The position numbers and the translations under genes are program-made. From positions 32,001-96,000 of IMG/VR virus record IMGVR_UViG_3300005563_000030: a DNA stretch of 64,000 nucleotides. One strand, 5' to 3'. The DNA is from a virus. The notes beneath the pieces are model-generated. The model was not told the DNA's origin, made no database searches, and saw only the letters and a program-made list of their open reading frames with translations. Positions 41,600 to 49,029 of the stretch are shown here, piece by piece (positions within the stretch are counted from its first letter, which is position 1; each line of letters starts with the position of its first letter).

Positions 41600-43687
41600 T
41601 TACATTCTTGTTCCTAATGTGCGCATAGCATGTTGACTAGCTGCAAAAGGACTAGTTGATTTAGCAAATCCTGACATTGTCATAGCAAACGGAGAACTTA
41701 AGATTGGATTCTTTCTTTGATTGTCAGGTTTCTCAGGTTCTTTAATATTTATTATCGGATAATATTTATCAAGATGTCTAGCATAAGCCAGAGCGTGGCG
41801 GAAAGCCACAATGCGGTCGTAGTTACCTTCTTCAGGGTTGTATTTTATAATTTCTTGAAGTAATACAGGATCAAGAATACGAGTTACACCTAATTTATAT
41901 ATAGGTTCTCTTGTATCAGGGTGTGTACCCACTTGAATCTGTTCTTTACAATACTCAATCATTAGCGACATACAGTAGTTAATGTTTGGTAGTGTTGGAG
42001 ATAATCCATATATTTTACCACCTTGGTTAGCTCTGGTGTTTGGATTAATCTCTTTTGCAATGTTAAATCCTTGACCTAACATGTGTCCTTTATTCTTACG
42101 CTCAAAGTATTGAATAAATGTACCCGCAGCGTTCTCTGGAAAGCAGACGGCATTATAATATTCTAGTAGCATTTCTACTTGTTCATGCCAATCATTCATT
42201 GAGTTTGGACGTGAAGCTAGCGCAGCAACAGGCATGTCTTGATAGGTTTCTCCAGCCACATCTGTCATACGTTTCCATAGAACAACTGTACCTAAAGAGT
42301 CTGACCAGTCGGAAATGTCATTGTTGTAAGGGTCAGCTCCCGCAATATACAAACCTCGTGGTGCATTTGAGATAGGCTCTTCCCATATAACCACTGGACA
42401 ATCTTTTCCGAGATTCCCTTTGGTTGGAAATTCACTGATGGGTCTGTCATGAGATACTGCATAACTAGTTCTAACTTTTCCAGCCGAATCTCTGAAGAAT
42501 CTAACATATCTACCTGTAATATTATTTGCGTTTAAATAATCTAAGTGACTTCTAGCTGCTTCTATTGGGAATGGATTAATTGCATTAGATAAGAAACATT
42601 CTGCTGGAGTAAGTGGATAATACATTATCAACTTTTGGTACTCCACTTTATCAGGGTCTTTAGATTTCTCTTCGCGTTCTTTTAGAATGAGAGCCTTAGC
42701 TTTCTCCTTATCAGAAACCATCATAGGGATCTGATCTAAGTTAGGAGTAGCCCAGTCTATCTTCCCTTCTTTTCTGAGATAATCACCAAGTGTAGTGAGA
42801 TATTTACAGTCAATACGATATAATCCTGACATGAAAATAGCTGTCTCTCGTCCTGTCTCAGGATCAGTTACAGCTAATAAGTTGTTTGCACTAGGATTAA
42901 AGAAGAAACGTTCAGCATCAGCTCCTTTATCAAAGCTACCACCGGTTCCGAAAAGAAGAGGTACACATCTCCATCCGAACTTGGACTTAAATGCTGGTTT
43001 AGCAGCTTCAAATGATTGAGCAAAAGCAAATTTACCAACTTCATCGGTAGCATAGGCTTTCGCAGTAACACCCGCTGGACCTTCTGTTTTGTTACCTTCT
43101 GATACGTTACGAACAATTAAGTAAGACCAAACATGGTCATCACCACCTTTAGCTTTGAACCCTAAGCGGGTCATGTTCTTCTTAGTATCTTTATCTAGCT
43201 TTGGAATTTGTAATCCTTTCCAAAGATTCTTAATACCAAAATCAATCTTATCACGGATAAGTTGTAAGTCATCATCATTACCACCCACCACTACATTCTG
43301 TGTGTGTTCAAAGAGTTCAGCATGATAGCCCATATAAGAAGCCATAATCTCACTCTTTCCAAACTGACGCACTCCAATGTGCATATATCCTTTCTTCTCA
43401 ACACGACATTGTTCAAGATATTGACCTACTTCCCACTCATTATCTCTACAGGAAGCGAGCATTTTCTTTCTCTGTATATTACCATACTCATCCTCAACGT
43501 CATCACGAATATTCCAATGGTTTAAATGCCAATAGAGCCACCCCGATATATCTACATTATCGAGAGTGACTCCACCCATACACTTGTCTATTTCCCATTG
43601 AACTAGTTCTTCAAATTCAGGAGTACCTTCTACCGGAAGACTTTCCATCCTTGAAAAGAAGTCATTAATAGAATTAATCTTCAGCAT
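41600..43687 (-). CDS. terL: Terminase large subunit
   Basis: Walker A-like RQFGKS, Walker B ATDEVGK, FGTGG, nuclease YIAGADPY and NYDR motifs. Confidence 0.9.
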   Translation of the reverse strand: MLKINSINDFFSRMESLPVEGTPEFEELVQWEIDKCMGGVTLDNVDISGWLYWHLNHWNIRDDVEDEYGNIQRKKMLASCRDNEWEVGQYLEQCRVEKKGYMHIGVRQFGKSEIMASYMGYHAELFEHTQNVVVGGNDDDLQLIRDKIDFGIKNLWKGLQIPKLDKDTKKNMTRLGFKAKGGDDHVWSYLIVRNVSEGNKTEGPAGVTAKAYATDEVGKFAFAQSFEAAKPAFKSKFGWRCVPLLFGTGGSFDKGADAERFFFNPSANNLLAVTDPETGRETAIFMSGLYRIDCKYLTTLGDYLRKEGKIDWATPNLDQIPMMVSDKEKAKALILKEREEKSKDPDKVEYQKLIMYYPLTPAECFLSNAINPFPIEAARSHLDYLNANNITGRYVRFFRDSAGKVRTSYAVSHDRPISEFPTKGNLGKDCPVVIWEEPISNAPRGLYIAGADPYNNDISDWSDSLGTVVLWKRMTDVAGETYQDMPVAALASRPNSMNDWHEQVEMLLEYYNAVCFPENAAGTFIQYFERKNKGHMLGQGFNIAKEINPNTRANQGGKIYGLSPTLPNINYCMSLMIEYCKEQIQVGTHPDTREPIYKLGVTRILDPVLLQEIIKYNPEEGNYDRIVAFRHALAYARHLDKYYPIINIKEPEKPDNQRKNPILSSPFAMTMSGFAKSTSPFAASQHAMRTLGTRM

Positions 43688-44000
43688 TATTTCTCATTCT
43701 ATGAGGCACATCTCCACCACCACGTACTTCTTTTATGGCAGCAGCTTCTTTCTCACGAAGTTTTTCTACTACCTCGCACATAGCAAGGTATTCCTTCATG
43801 GTTTCACGTAGTGATTTTTGAATAGCCTCTTTAGTTTGTACTACAGCGTAATAAGCTCCACCATTTTTAGTTTTCATTAATTCCTTACGATCCTCTACTT
43901 CATTGTAGGGGTTATCTAGTAAGTATTGTTTCCAGCGAGCTAATTGTTCTTCTGCAAGTTCTAGCTCTGCTGATATGTATAAGTTTTTCTTAACAGCCAT
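43674..44000 (-). CDS. Hypothetical protein, candidate terminase small subunit
   Basis: Small helical ORF overlapping the terL start; ends in EVRGG. Confidence 0.4.
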   Translation of the reverse strand: MAVKKNLYISAELELAEEQLARWKQYLLDNPYNEVEDRKELMKTKNGGAYYAVVQTKEAIQKSLRETMKEYLAMCEVVEKLREKEAAAIKEVRGGGDVPHRMRNNAED

Positions 44001-44316
44001 ATGGTTTTACTTCAGTTACGCGATAATATTTAGTATTAAATTTCCTTACTTTGACTATTTTTCCATTATAGTAGTAGTCTTCTACCCAGTTTTTATTTTT
44101 CACAAAAAGTGGATCTGGTTGTTTTGGGAAGATTTGATAGTCTGTATTGATTTCATCTTTTTCAATTTCCATATCTTCTATATCTGAATAGAAGGAAGGA
44201 TCTTCAAGACGCATATCGTATTCGATAGCAAACTTCCCAATAGCCATCATAAACCCAGCATAGATAAAGTCATTATCCGTATAACTAGGTTTACACATTT
44301 CATGTATCTCTTCCAT
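43990..44316 (-). CDS. Hypothetical protein
   Basis: ORF track; overlaps the next gene start. Confidence 0.5.
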   Translation of the reverse strand: MEEIHEMCKPSYTDNDFIYAGFMMAIGKFAIEYDMRLEDPSFYSDIEDMEIEKDEINTDYQIFPKQPDPLFVKNKNWVEDYYYNGKIVKVRKFNTKYYRVTEVKPYGC

Positions 44317-44329
44317 TGGTTTTTATTTG

Positions 44330-44401
44330 AGCACATAGGAAGAATCGAACTTCCGCATAACTGTTTTGCAGACAGCGACCTTACCACTTGGCTATACGTG
44401 C
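44330..44401 (-). tRNA. trnC: tRNA-Cys(GCA)
   Basis: Cloverleaf; CTGT-CTGCAAA-ACAG anticodon arm; GTTCGATT T-loop. Confidence 0.85.
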
Positions 44402-44760
44402 TTATTTACGAATAGCTTTTTCTTAATAACATAATCGAATATCTTCTCATTTATAAATCCTGATAAGAAGGCTCTAGCTTCTCCATCATTTACATCCTTA
44501 TCTTCTAATATGTAATCTACTAAATGAGAAATTTCATGAGTTATTATATTTACATTTAAACTCTCTTCTGAAAAGAAGACATAGTAGGTATGAAAATTAT
44601 TTGGATTTATAGCCATTCCATGAAGATCATGGTCATCTTCTATATTAAATTCCCATTTCTCTCGCTTACTATATGAGTTTATCTTCTTACGAATGTCTTT
44701 GTCTATTATGACAATACACTTAAGTTGATAAACTTCTATCGGAATCACTAGTCTGAGCAT
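44392..44760 (-). CDS. Small zincin-like HExxH protein
   Basis: IITHEISH...GEARA; stop codon lies inside tRNA-Cys. Confidence 0.6.
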   Translation of the reverse strand: MLRLVIPIEVYQLKCIVIIDKDIRKKINSYSKREKWEFNIEDDHDLHGMAINPNNFHTYYVFFSEESLNVNIITHEISHLVDYILEDKDVNDGEARAFLSGFINEKIFDYVIKKKLFVNKHV

Positions 44761-44914
44761 CTTCTGATAAGTCTAAGATCATGAATTTATAACTTTCCAA
44801 AGGATACTTTGATTCTTCTTTAGGTTCACCAAATATAGCCTTTCTTGATTCAGGACTCATAAGTTCATAGAATAACCCCATAATTGCAGCCTGATCGTAT
44901 ATCTCTTCTTCCAT
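44720..44914 (-). CDS. Hypothetical protein
   Basis: ORF track. Confidence 0.4.
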   Translation of the reverse strand: MEEEIYDQAAIMGLFYELMSPESRKAIFGEPKEESKYPLESYKFMILDLSEDAQTSDSDRSLST

Positions 44915-44927
44915 GTAATTAGTTAAG

Positions 44928-45001
44928 TTGCGGGAGCGGGGATCGAACCCGCGTCATTTAGCTTATGAGACTAAGCTGGAACCTCTCCAGTCCACCCCGC
45001 A
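44928..45001 (-). tRNA. trnM: tRNA-Met(CAT)
   Basis: TTAGT-CTCATAA-GCTAA arm; GGTTCGATCC T-arm. Confidence 0.8.
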
Positions 45002-45005
45002 ATTT

Positions 45006-45218
45006 TTAATCTTCTAAATATTCTCTCCAAGTCTTCGGTTTGTATCTATCTATTGCTTCATCATTACGTTTCTTGAACTCCTCAGCAGAAATAATACCTA
45101 GCCGAAATCCCCATTCAACATTAGTGAGATACATATCTCTCATTAACATCTTCTCTTTGTTCTTTATGTGTGCTTGGGTCATCATAAAGAGTATATCGTA
45201 CTCCACTTTCTTTTCCAA
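45006..45218 (-). CDS. Hypothetical protein
   Basis: ORF track. Confidence 0.45.
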   Translation of the reverse strand: MEKKVEYDILFMMTQAHIKNKEKMLMRDMYLTNVEWGFRLGIISAEEFKKRNDEAIDRYKPKTWREYLED

Positions 45219-45363
45219 TTTCTTCTTGTAACATCATTTCTAAGAACCTCATTGCGTCATTGTACCTCGCAGTGAGTTGTTCAATAATATAATTCTCAGA
45301 CATACCTAAAGCTCTCCAATTATCAATTTCGTCTTGTAGGTAGTGGTTAACAATATTATTCAT
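45121..45363 (-). CDS. Hypothetical protein
   Basis: ORF track. Confidence 0.4.
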   Translation of the reverse strand: MNNIVNHYLQDEIDNWRALGMSENYIIEQLTARYNDAMRFLEMMLQEEIGKESGVRYTLYDDPSTHKEQREDVNERYVSH

Positions 45364-45577
45364 CTTCCTTAATATTATCTACTAACTCGTTCTCTAATTC
45401 ATCGCGATATTTCTCAAACTTCCTCAAAAGCTCTGTATCACTCCAGCCGTAACATCCTGTTTGTGGGCGAAGAATATGTACCATATGTTGCGCAATGGTA
45501 TACTGAGGAAACAATTCCACGATCTCTGCAAAGTTATGGAATATCTGTGACTTTGTCTGAATCTGTTTGTTGCTCAT
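45356..45577 (-). CDS. Hypothetical protein
   Basis: ORF track. Confidence 0.5.
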   Translation of the reverse strand: MSNKQIQTKSQIFHNFAEIVELFPQYTIAQHMVHILRPQTGCYGWSDTELLRKFEKYRDELENELVDNIKEDE

Positions 45578-45989
45578 TTTCTTGGTTTTTAAATGCGAAC
45601 CATTTAGGTTCCAGTGTTATATTGTTTTTTGTGTTGTACTCTTTTACGTTTGGTTTTGCACATCCGCATTCTGTTCCCGGATTGCAACATGATAATCCAC
45701 AATCTGATGATAATGATGATGTTTTTCTATTAATTGAACATCCACACATAACGCAATGCTCATCAATTCTGTTTGTTATATACCCATCACTAACTGCATT
45801 CGAGCTGCTGAACGGGCACGTCGAGCATATCAGTCTTCTCCTCACTATCTCCTGTTGTTCTTCCTCTGGTAACATCCCCAACTCGTTCTTCACTTGTGTT
45901 ATTGTCGCTTCCAAGATTGCTGGTGCGTTGCTCACTATTGTCGGCAGCAACGTCACGTACTCTACTAATCCTTTTAGTGTAATTTTCAT
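45534..45989 (-). CDS. Cys-rich putative zinc-binding protein
   Basis: RRLICSTCPF...HCVMCGC motifs. Confidence 0.55.
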   Translation of the reverse strand: MKITLKGLVEYVTLLPTIVSNAPAILEATITQVKNELGMLPEEEQQEIVRRRLICSTCPFSSSNAVSDGYITNRIDEHCVMCGCSINRKTSSLSSDCGLSCCNPGTECGCAKPNVKEYNTKNNITLEPKWFAFKNQENEQQTDSDKVTDIP

Positions 45990-46323
45990 AGAACTGTTTA
46001 GCTAATATATTTCTTTGTTTAAGAGCTTTTCTTAGCTTATCATAGTTTAATTCCAGAAGCAATTCAGTTGTTGATTGCTTATATCTGGTAGATTTTCGGA
46101 TATTCCTTATCTTTCTAATAAGAGTAATAATCATCTGGTCTACTTTACGCTTAGAAACTGTTATAGTTCCAATATGCTTAATAGAAACAGATGTATAGTC
46201 CATAGATGATAGAGCAGCTCTCACGCCAACCTTCCAGAAAAAAGCATTTACATCTTCTACAAGGTCAGGATCAAGGTTATTCTCTCTAGCTACCAACTTA
46301 GAAACTATATGAATATCCTTCAT
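45790..46323 (-). CDS. HU/IHF-like protein
   Basis: Helix-helix followed by VSIKHIGTITV strand pattern; crAss position near terminase. Confidence 0.5.
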   Translation of the reverse strand: MKDIHIVSKLVARENNLDPDLVEDVNAFFWKVGVRAALSSMDYTSVSIKHIGTITVSKRKVDQMIITLIRKIRNIRKSTRYKQSTTELLLELNYDKLRKALKQRNILAKQFYENYTKRISRVRDVAADNSEQRTSNLGSDNNTSEERVGDVTRGRTTGDSEEKTDMLDVPVQQLECS

Positions 46324-46664
46324 TAATTATTATCAATTTTAATAAGAACTCCCATAGTTGGAGTAAGCCCAAAGTCTAACTCTTTTCTAAGTGAGTATTC
46401 TTTACTGTCTACATTTCTAATCAGCATTCCAAATTTCTTCAACTTAGATAGAGTATTTTTAAGACTATCATCAGACTTTAGTATACCTGCATTTAGTATA
46501 AGGTCTTTAGTTTTTCTATTGATCTTATAAACCATAAAATATGCAAGTACTGTTAACTCTGTGTCTGAGAGCTTAACATTCATAAGTAAACAGAAGATAT
46601 TAATTAATACCTTAGCTTGTTCTACTTTACTATTGGTTTTCTTTTTTATCTTTACTAGTTGCAT
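46323..46664 (-). CDS. Winged-HTH (RepL-like) protein
   Basis: LSDTELTVLAY...SLKNTLSKLKKFGML pattern; ATG 46664 follows the TATATTTG promoter at 46673-46680. Confidence 0.5.
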   Translation of the reverse strand: MQLVKIKKKTNSKVEQAKVLINIFCLLMNVKLSDTELTVLAYFMVYKINRKTKDLILNAGILKSDDSLKNTLSKLKKFGMLIRNVDSKEYSLRKELDFGLTPTMGVLIKIDNN

Positions 46665-46875
46665 ATTCAGTACAAATATAGAGATATTATTGCAATTTAC
46701 CAAATTTATTTTATCTCCATCCCTTCTTCTCCAGAACTTTCTATTAGCTGCTCTCGCGAACAACGAATAGTAGGTGAGTCACTGAGCGTTACACTTCTGC
46801 TGCTCCGCGAAGTACGAAGCTACGAAAAATTTCTGACATTTTCATCAATTTCGTAAACTATTTTTTAAAATAAAT

Positions 46876-46898
46876 AAAAAAGCCCCAATTAAGGGGCT
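46876..46898 (-). terminator. Terminator closing tRNA operon 3
   Basis: AGCCCC-TTAATT-GGGGCT followed by TTTTT. Confidence 0.8.
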
Positions 46899-46902
46899 AT
46901 TG

Positions 46903-46974
46903 CACGGGATGATGGTCTCGAACCACCGACACAGGTTTTGGAGACTAGCATTTTACCAACTAAACTAATCCCGT
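46903..46974 (-). tRNA. trnW: tRNA-Trp(CCA), anticodon stem with two mismatches
   Basis: CTAGT-CTCCAAA-ACCTG; good acceptor, D and T arms. Confidence 0.7.
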
Positions 46975-46978
46975 AGGT

Positions 46979-47070
46979 AGCCTGCGTAATAAGATACTTT
47001 TCGCGTAGTCCCAGGTTTACGCTTGAAGGGTCAGGTAAATCCCACATATCTCCTATACTATTCTCAGGCT
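46979..47070 (-). ncRNA. Rod-shaped ~92-nt non-tRNA RNA inside tRNA operon 3
   Basis: AGCCUG/CAGGCU closing stem, AGAUA/UAUCU, UGUGG/CUACG and UUUAC/GUAAA helices separated by bulges. Confidence 0.45.
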
Positions 47071-47071
47071 C

Positions 47072-47142
47072 TGGGTGAAGTGCAGGATCGAACTGCTTCT
47101 CCAGCTTCACATGCTAGCGCTTTTCCAGTAAGCTATCTTCAC
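47072..47142 (-). tRNA. trnH: tRNA-His(GTG)
   Basis: CTAGC-ATGTGAA-GCTGG arm. Confidence 0.75.
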
Positions 47143-47144
47143 AG

Positions 47145-47215
47145 ATGCTCGTGATCGAATCGGACGACCTTCTCCGAGGTCAAAACTCGGTGTGATACCA
47201 ATATACCAACGAGCA
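47145..47215 (-). tRNA. trnQ: tRNA-Gln(TTG)
   Basis: CCGAG-TTTTGAC-CTCGG arm; atypical T-arm. Confidence 0.7.
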
Positions 47216-47223
47216 TTATATAG

Positions 47224-47296
47224 TGGGGTTCTCTGGTTACGATCCAGATCCTCCAGTTTTTCAGACTGGTGCTTCTACCAAGTTAGCTTGAACTCC
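47224..47296 (-). tRNA. trnF: tRNA-Phe(GAA)
   Basis: CCAGT-CTGAAAA-ACTGG arm. Confidence 0.85.
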
Positions 47297-47301
47297 AAAT
47301 G

Positions 47302-47375
47302 AGCCTGTGGTCGGAGTTGAACCGACAACCTTTCCCTTACAAGGGGACTGCTCCGCCAATTGAGCTACAGCAGGC
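47302..47375 (-). tRNA. trnT: tRNA-Thr(TGT)
   Basis: GTCCC-CTTGTAA-GGGAA arm. Confidence 0.8.
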
Positions 47376-47379
47376 ATTG

Positions 47380-47478
47380 TGCTAATGGGGTACGACTTGA
47401 ACGACAAGCGGAGGTTAATCCCTGATTCCGCGCCGGATAGACAATCCGGTATGTCTGCCAATTTCACCACCCATTAGT
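47380..47478 (-). tRNA. Atypical tRNA-like RNA: GTC (Asp) anticodon, long variable arm, 8-bp acceptor stem
   Basis: CCGGA-TTGTCTA-TCCGG arm; CTAATGGG/CCCATTAG acceptor; GGTGAAATTGGCAGAC D region; GCGGA...TCCGC variable arm. Confidence 0.6.
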
Positions 47479-47481
47479 GTG

Positions 47482-47553
47482 CGGGAACGGAAGGGGTCGA
47501 ACCTTCAACCTACCGGTTAACAGCCGGTTGCTCTACCATTGAGCTACATTCCC
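47482..47553 (-). tRNA. trnN: tRNA-Asn(GTT)
   Basis: ACCGG-CTGTTAA-CCGGT arm. Confidence 0.9.
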
Positions 47554-47605
47554 TGGTCGGCTCCGATTTTTTATACAGAACGTTGCCGAAGTAAACTGTT
47601 GATCG

Positions 47606-47681
47606 CCGACTATCACGGATTTGAACCGAGGATCTCCTCTTAGACAGAGAGGCAGGGACGACCAGACTCCCCTAATAGTCG
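47606..47681 (-). tRNA. trnD: tRNA-Asp(GTC)
   Basis: CCTCT-CTGTCTA-AGAGG arm (U at position 37). Confidence 0.8.
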
Positions 47682-47722
47682 AGGTGAAGGTTCCTTCCTG
47701 GAGTATACCTACAACTATGCAG

Positions 47723-47797
47723 TCAGGGTAGCTGGATTTGAACCAGCGAACACGTGCTTCCAAGGCACGCCCATATAGCCATCTGTGGAACACCCTG
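47723..47797 (-). tRNA. trnP: tRNA-Pro(TGG)
   Basis: CGTGC-CTTGGAA-GCACG arm. Confidence 0.85.
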
Positions 47798-47802
47798 ATA
47801 AT

Positions 47803-47832
47803 AAAAAACCCCCGGTGAAAACCGAGGGAAAC
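47803..47832 (-). terminator. Attenuator terminator of tRNA operon 3
   Basis: CCCTCGGT-TTTC-ACCGGGGG followed by TTTTTT; 5' arm also complementary to leader GATGAGGGAAC. Confidence 0.8.
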
Positions 47833-47858
47833 TTTCAATTATGACAAATTTTCTTGAA

Positions 47859-47945
47859 TTACTTATTTTGGCATAATGTTCCCTCATCGAGATCTTGTTG
47901 ATCCGGTGTGAAATTATTAAACGTATTATGCCAATTGTTAATCAT
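47859..47945 (-). CDS. Leader peptide 3, MINNWHNTFNNFTPDQQDLDEGTLCQNK
   Basis: Translated by hand; lies between promoter TATCTTTG (47950-47957) and the attenuator. Confidence 0.75.
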   Translation of the reverse strand: MINNWHNTFNNFTPDQQDLDEGTLCQNK

Positions 47946-47949
47946 AAAA

Positions 47950-47980
47950 CAAAGATAAGTAAAATATTTGAAACTACCAA
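47950..47980 (-). promoter_or_regulatory. Bacteroidota promoter for tRNA operon 3
   Basis: TTTG about 20 nt upstream of TATCTTTG. Confidence 0.75.
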
Positions 47981-47996
47981 ATATTCTTAAAAGAAG

Positions 47997-48080
47997 TCGA
48001 TGCAGAGAGATTTGAACTCCCATAGCCGAATGGCGACAGTTTTACAGACTGCTGATTTCAACCCACTTACCATTACATCG
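47997..48080 (-). tRNA. trnY: tRNA-Tyr(GTA)
   Basis: GCAGT-CTGTAAA-ACTGT arm; long variable arm. Confidence 0.8.
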
Positions 48081-48149
48081 AGATAGCTGTCTATTCCAGC
48101 TTGTCAAACCCTTTTTATTTCATACTACGTCGCCGAGATACACGACCTG

Positions 48150-48238
48150 CGGAAAGAAGAGGAACCGACCCCCACCCGATTTAACGAGACCTAGTTTTCA
48201 AGACTAGTCGGCGCTCCAATGCACCTGCTTTTCTTTCC
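48150..48238 (-). tRNA. trnS: tRNA-Ser(TGA)
   Basis: CTAGT-CTTGAAA-ACTAG arm; long variable arm; GGA...TCCG acceptor; atypical T-loop. Confidence 0.75.
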
Positions 48239-48242
48239 AGAG

Positions 48243-48328
48243 CGGAGAACAGTGGCCCTGATCCACATACGTTCGATGACGTACCACCTCTTTAGCAGAG
48301 AGGGCATACCCTAGTATGTCTATTCTCC
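48243..48328 (-). tRNA. trnS: tRNA-Ser(GCT)
   Basis: CCTCT-CTGCTAA-AGAGG arm; long variable arm; atypical T-loop. Confidence 0.75.
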
Positions 48329-48333
48329 AAATG

Positions 48334-48407
48334 TACTCCTAGTCAGATTTGAACTGACACTTGACAGATTTTAAGTCTGTTGACTCTCCCTGTTGGTCTA
48401 TAGGAGC
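48334..48407 (-). tRNA. trnL: tRNA-Leu(TAA), short variable arm
   Basis: ACAGA-CTTAAAA-TCTGT arm. Confidence 0.8.
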
Positions 48408-48483
48408 TGGTAGCTACGGTGAGATTTGAACTCACACTAAATAGTTTCTAAGACTATTGCCTCTCCCATTGGGCTACGTAGCC
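48408..48483 (-). tRNA. trnL: tRNA-Leu(TAG), short variable arm, encoded CCA
   Basis: ATAGT-CTTAGAA-ACTAT arm. Confidence 0.8.
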
Positions 48484-48490
48484 ATAAAAT

Positions 48491-48522
48491 AAAAAACCCC
48501 CACTTATGAATAAGCAGGGGGT
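48491..48522 (-). terminator. Attenuator terminator of tRNA operon 2
   Basis: ACCCCCTGCTTA-TTCA-TAAGTGGGGGT followed by TTTTT; 5' arm complementary to leader GCAGGGGG. Confidence 0.8.
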
Positions 48523-48547
48523 AAACTAAAAACGGAAAAAAGTATCT

Positions 48548-48631
48548 TTATATTCCGACAATAAGCCCCCCTGCCACAGGATAACTGAGACTAGATAAAT
48601 AGGAGAGTAAATATTGCTTCACGAATTTCAT
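48548..48631 (-). CDS. Leader peptide 2, MKFVKQYLLSYLSSLSYPVAGGLIVGI
   Basis: Translated by hand; lies between promoter TATCTTCG (48636-48643) and the attenuator. Confidence 0.75.
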   Translation of the reverse strand: MKFVKQYLLSYLSSLSYPVAGGLIVGI

Positions 48632-48635
48632 AACA

Positions 48636-48658
48636 CGAAGATAGGAAAACTTTTTCAA
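48636..48658 (-). promoter_or_regulatory. Bacteroidota-type promoter for tRNA operon 2
   Basis: TATCTTCG (one mismatch to TAnnTTTG) with upstream TTG. Confidence 0.6.
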
Positions 48659-48801
48659 TTTTCCAAATTTTCATTTATTGAATAAGTACGATCACATAAA
48701 TCGCAGTAATAAACTGGTCCTAGATTTTCTCCGAACACTCCAATCTCATCTATAATTATGAATTGTTCATTACATTCAGGACATCTGTTTTCTGATTTCA
48801 T
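48655..48801 (-). CDS. Small zinc-ribbon protein (48 aa)
   Basis: MKSENRCPECNE...YYCDLCD; true start follows tRNA-Ala. Confidence 0.55.
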   Translation of the reverse strand: MKSENRCPECNEQFIIIDEIGVFGENLGPVYYCDLCDRTYSINENLEN

Positions 48802-48803
48802 AG

Positions 48804-48873
48804 TGGACACAGTGGGAATCGAACCCAAAAGTTCTCCTTGCAAGGGAGACTGCCTACCGTTGGCATCTGGCCC
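48804..48873 (-). tRNA. trnA: tRNA-Ala(TGC)
   Basis: TCTCC-CTTGCAA-GGAGA arm; G3:U70. Confidence 0.75.
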
Positions 48874-48878
48874 AGAAG

Positions 48879-48951
48879 TAGGAAGTCTGAGAATCGAACT
48901 CAGGAGTCCACTTTGTAAGAGTGGCATATTAAACCTCTGTATGAACTTCCT
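48879..48951 (-). tRNA. trnV: tRNA-Val(TAC)
   Basis: CCACT-CTTACAA-AGTGG arm. Confidence 0.8.
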
Positions 48952-48954
48952 ATG

Positions 48955-49027
48955 TCGCTGAGGGAAGAGTCGAACTTCCAGTCTTACACGTATCAGGCGT
49001 CTGCGTTAACCATTACGCTACTCAGCG
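48955..49027 (-). tRNA. trnI: tRNA-Ile(GAT)
   Basis: ACGC-CTGATAC-GTGT arm. Confidence 0.8.
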
Positions 49028-49029
49028 GG

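Noticed and set aside
35807-43687. Introns or inteins in MCP, portal or terminase
   Set aside because: ORFs are continuous and of ordinary length, with no intein C...HN motifs seen
46889-48961. ORF-track calls 46889-47110, 47261-47470, 47533-47838, 48758-48961 and the 5' part of 48655-48927
   Set aside because: They run through tRNA genes and are spurious
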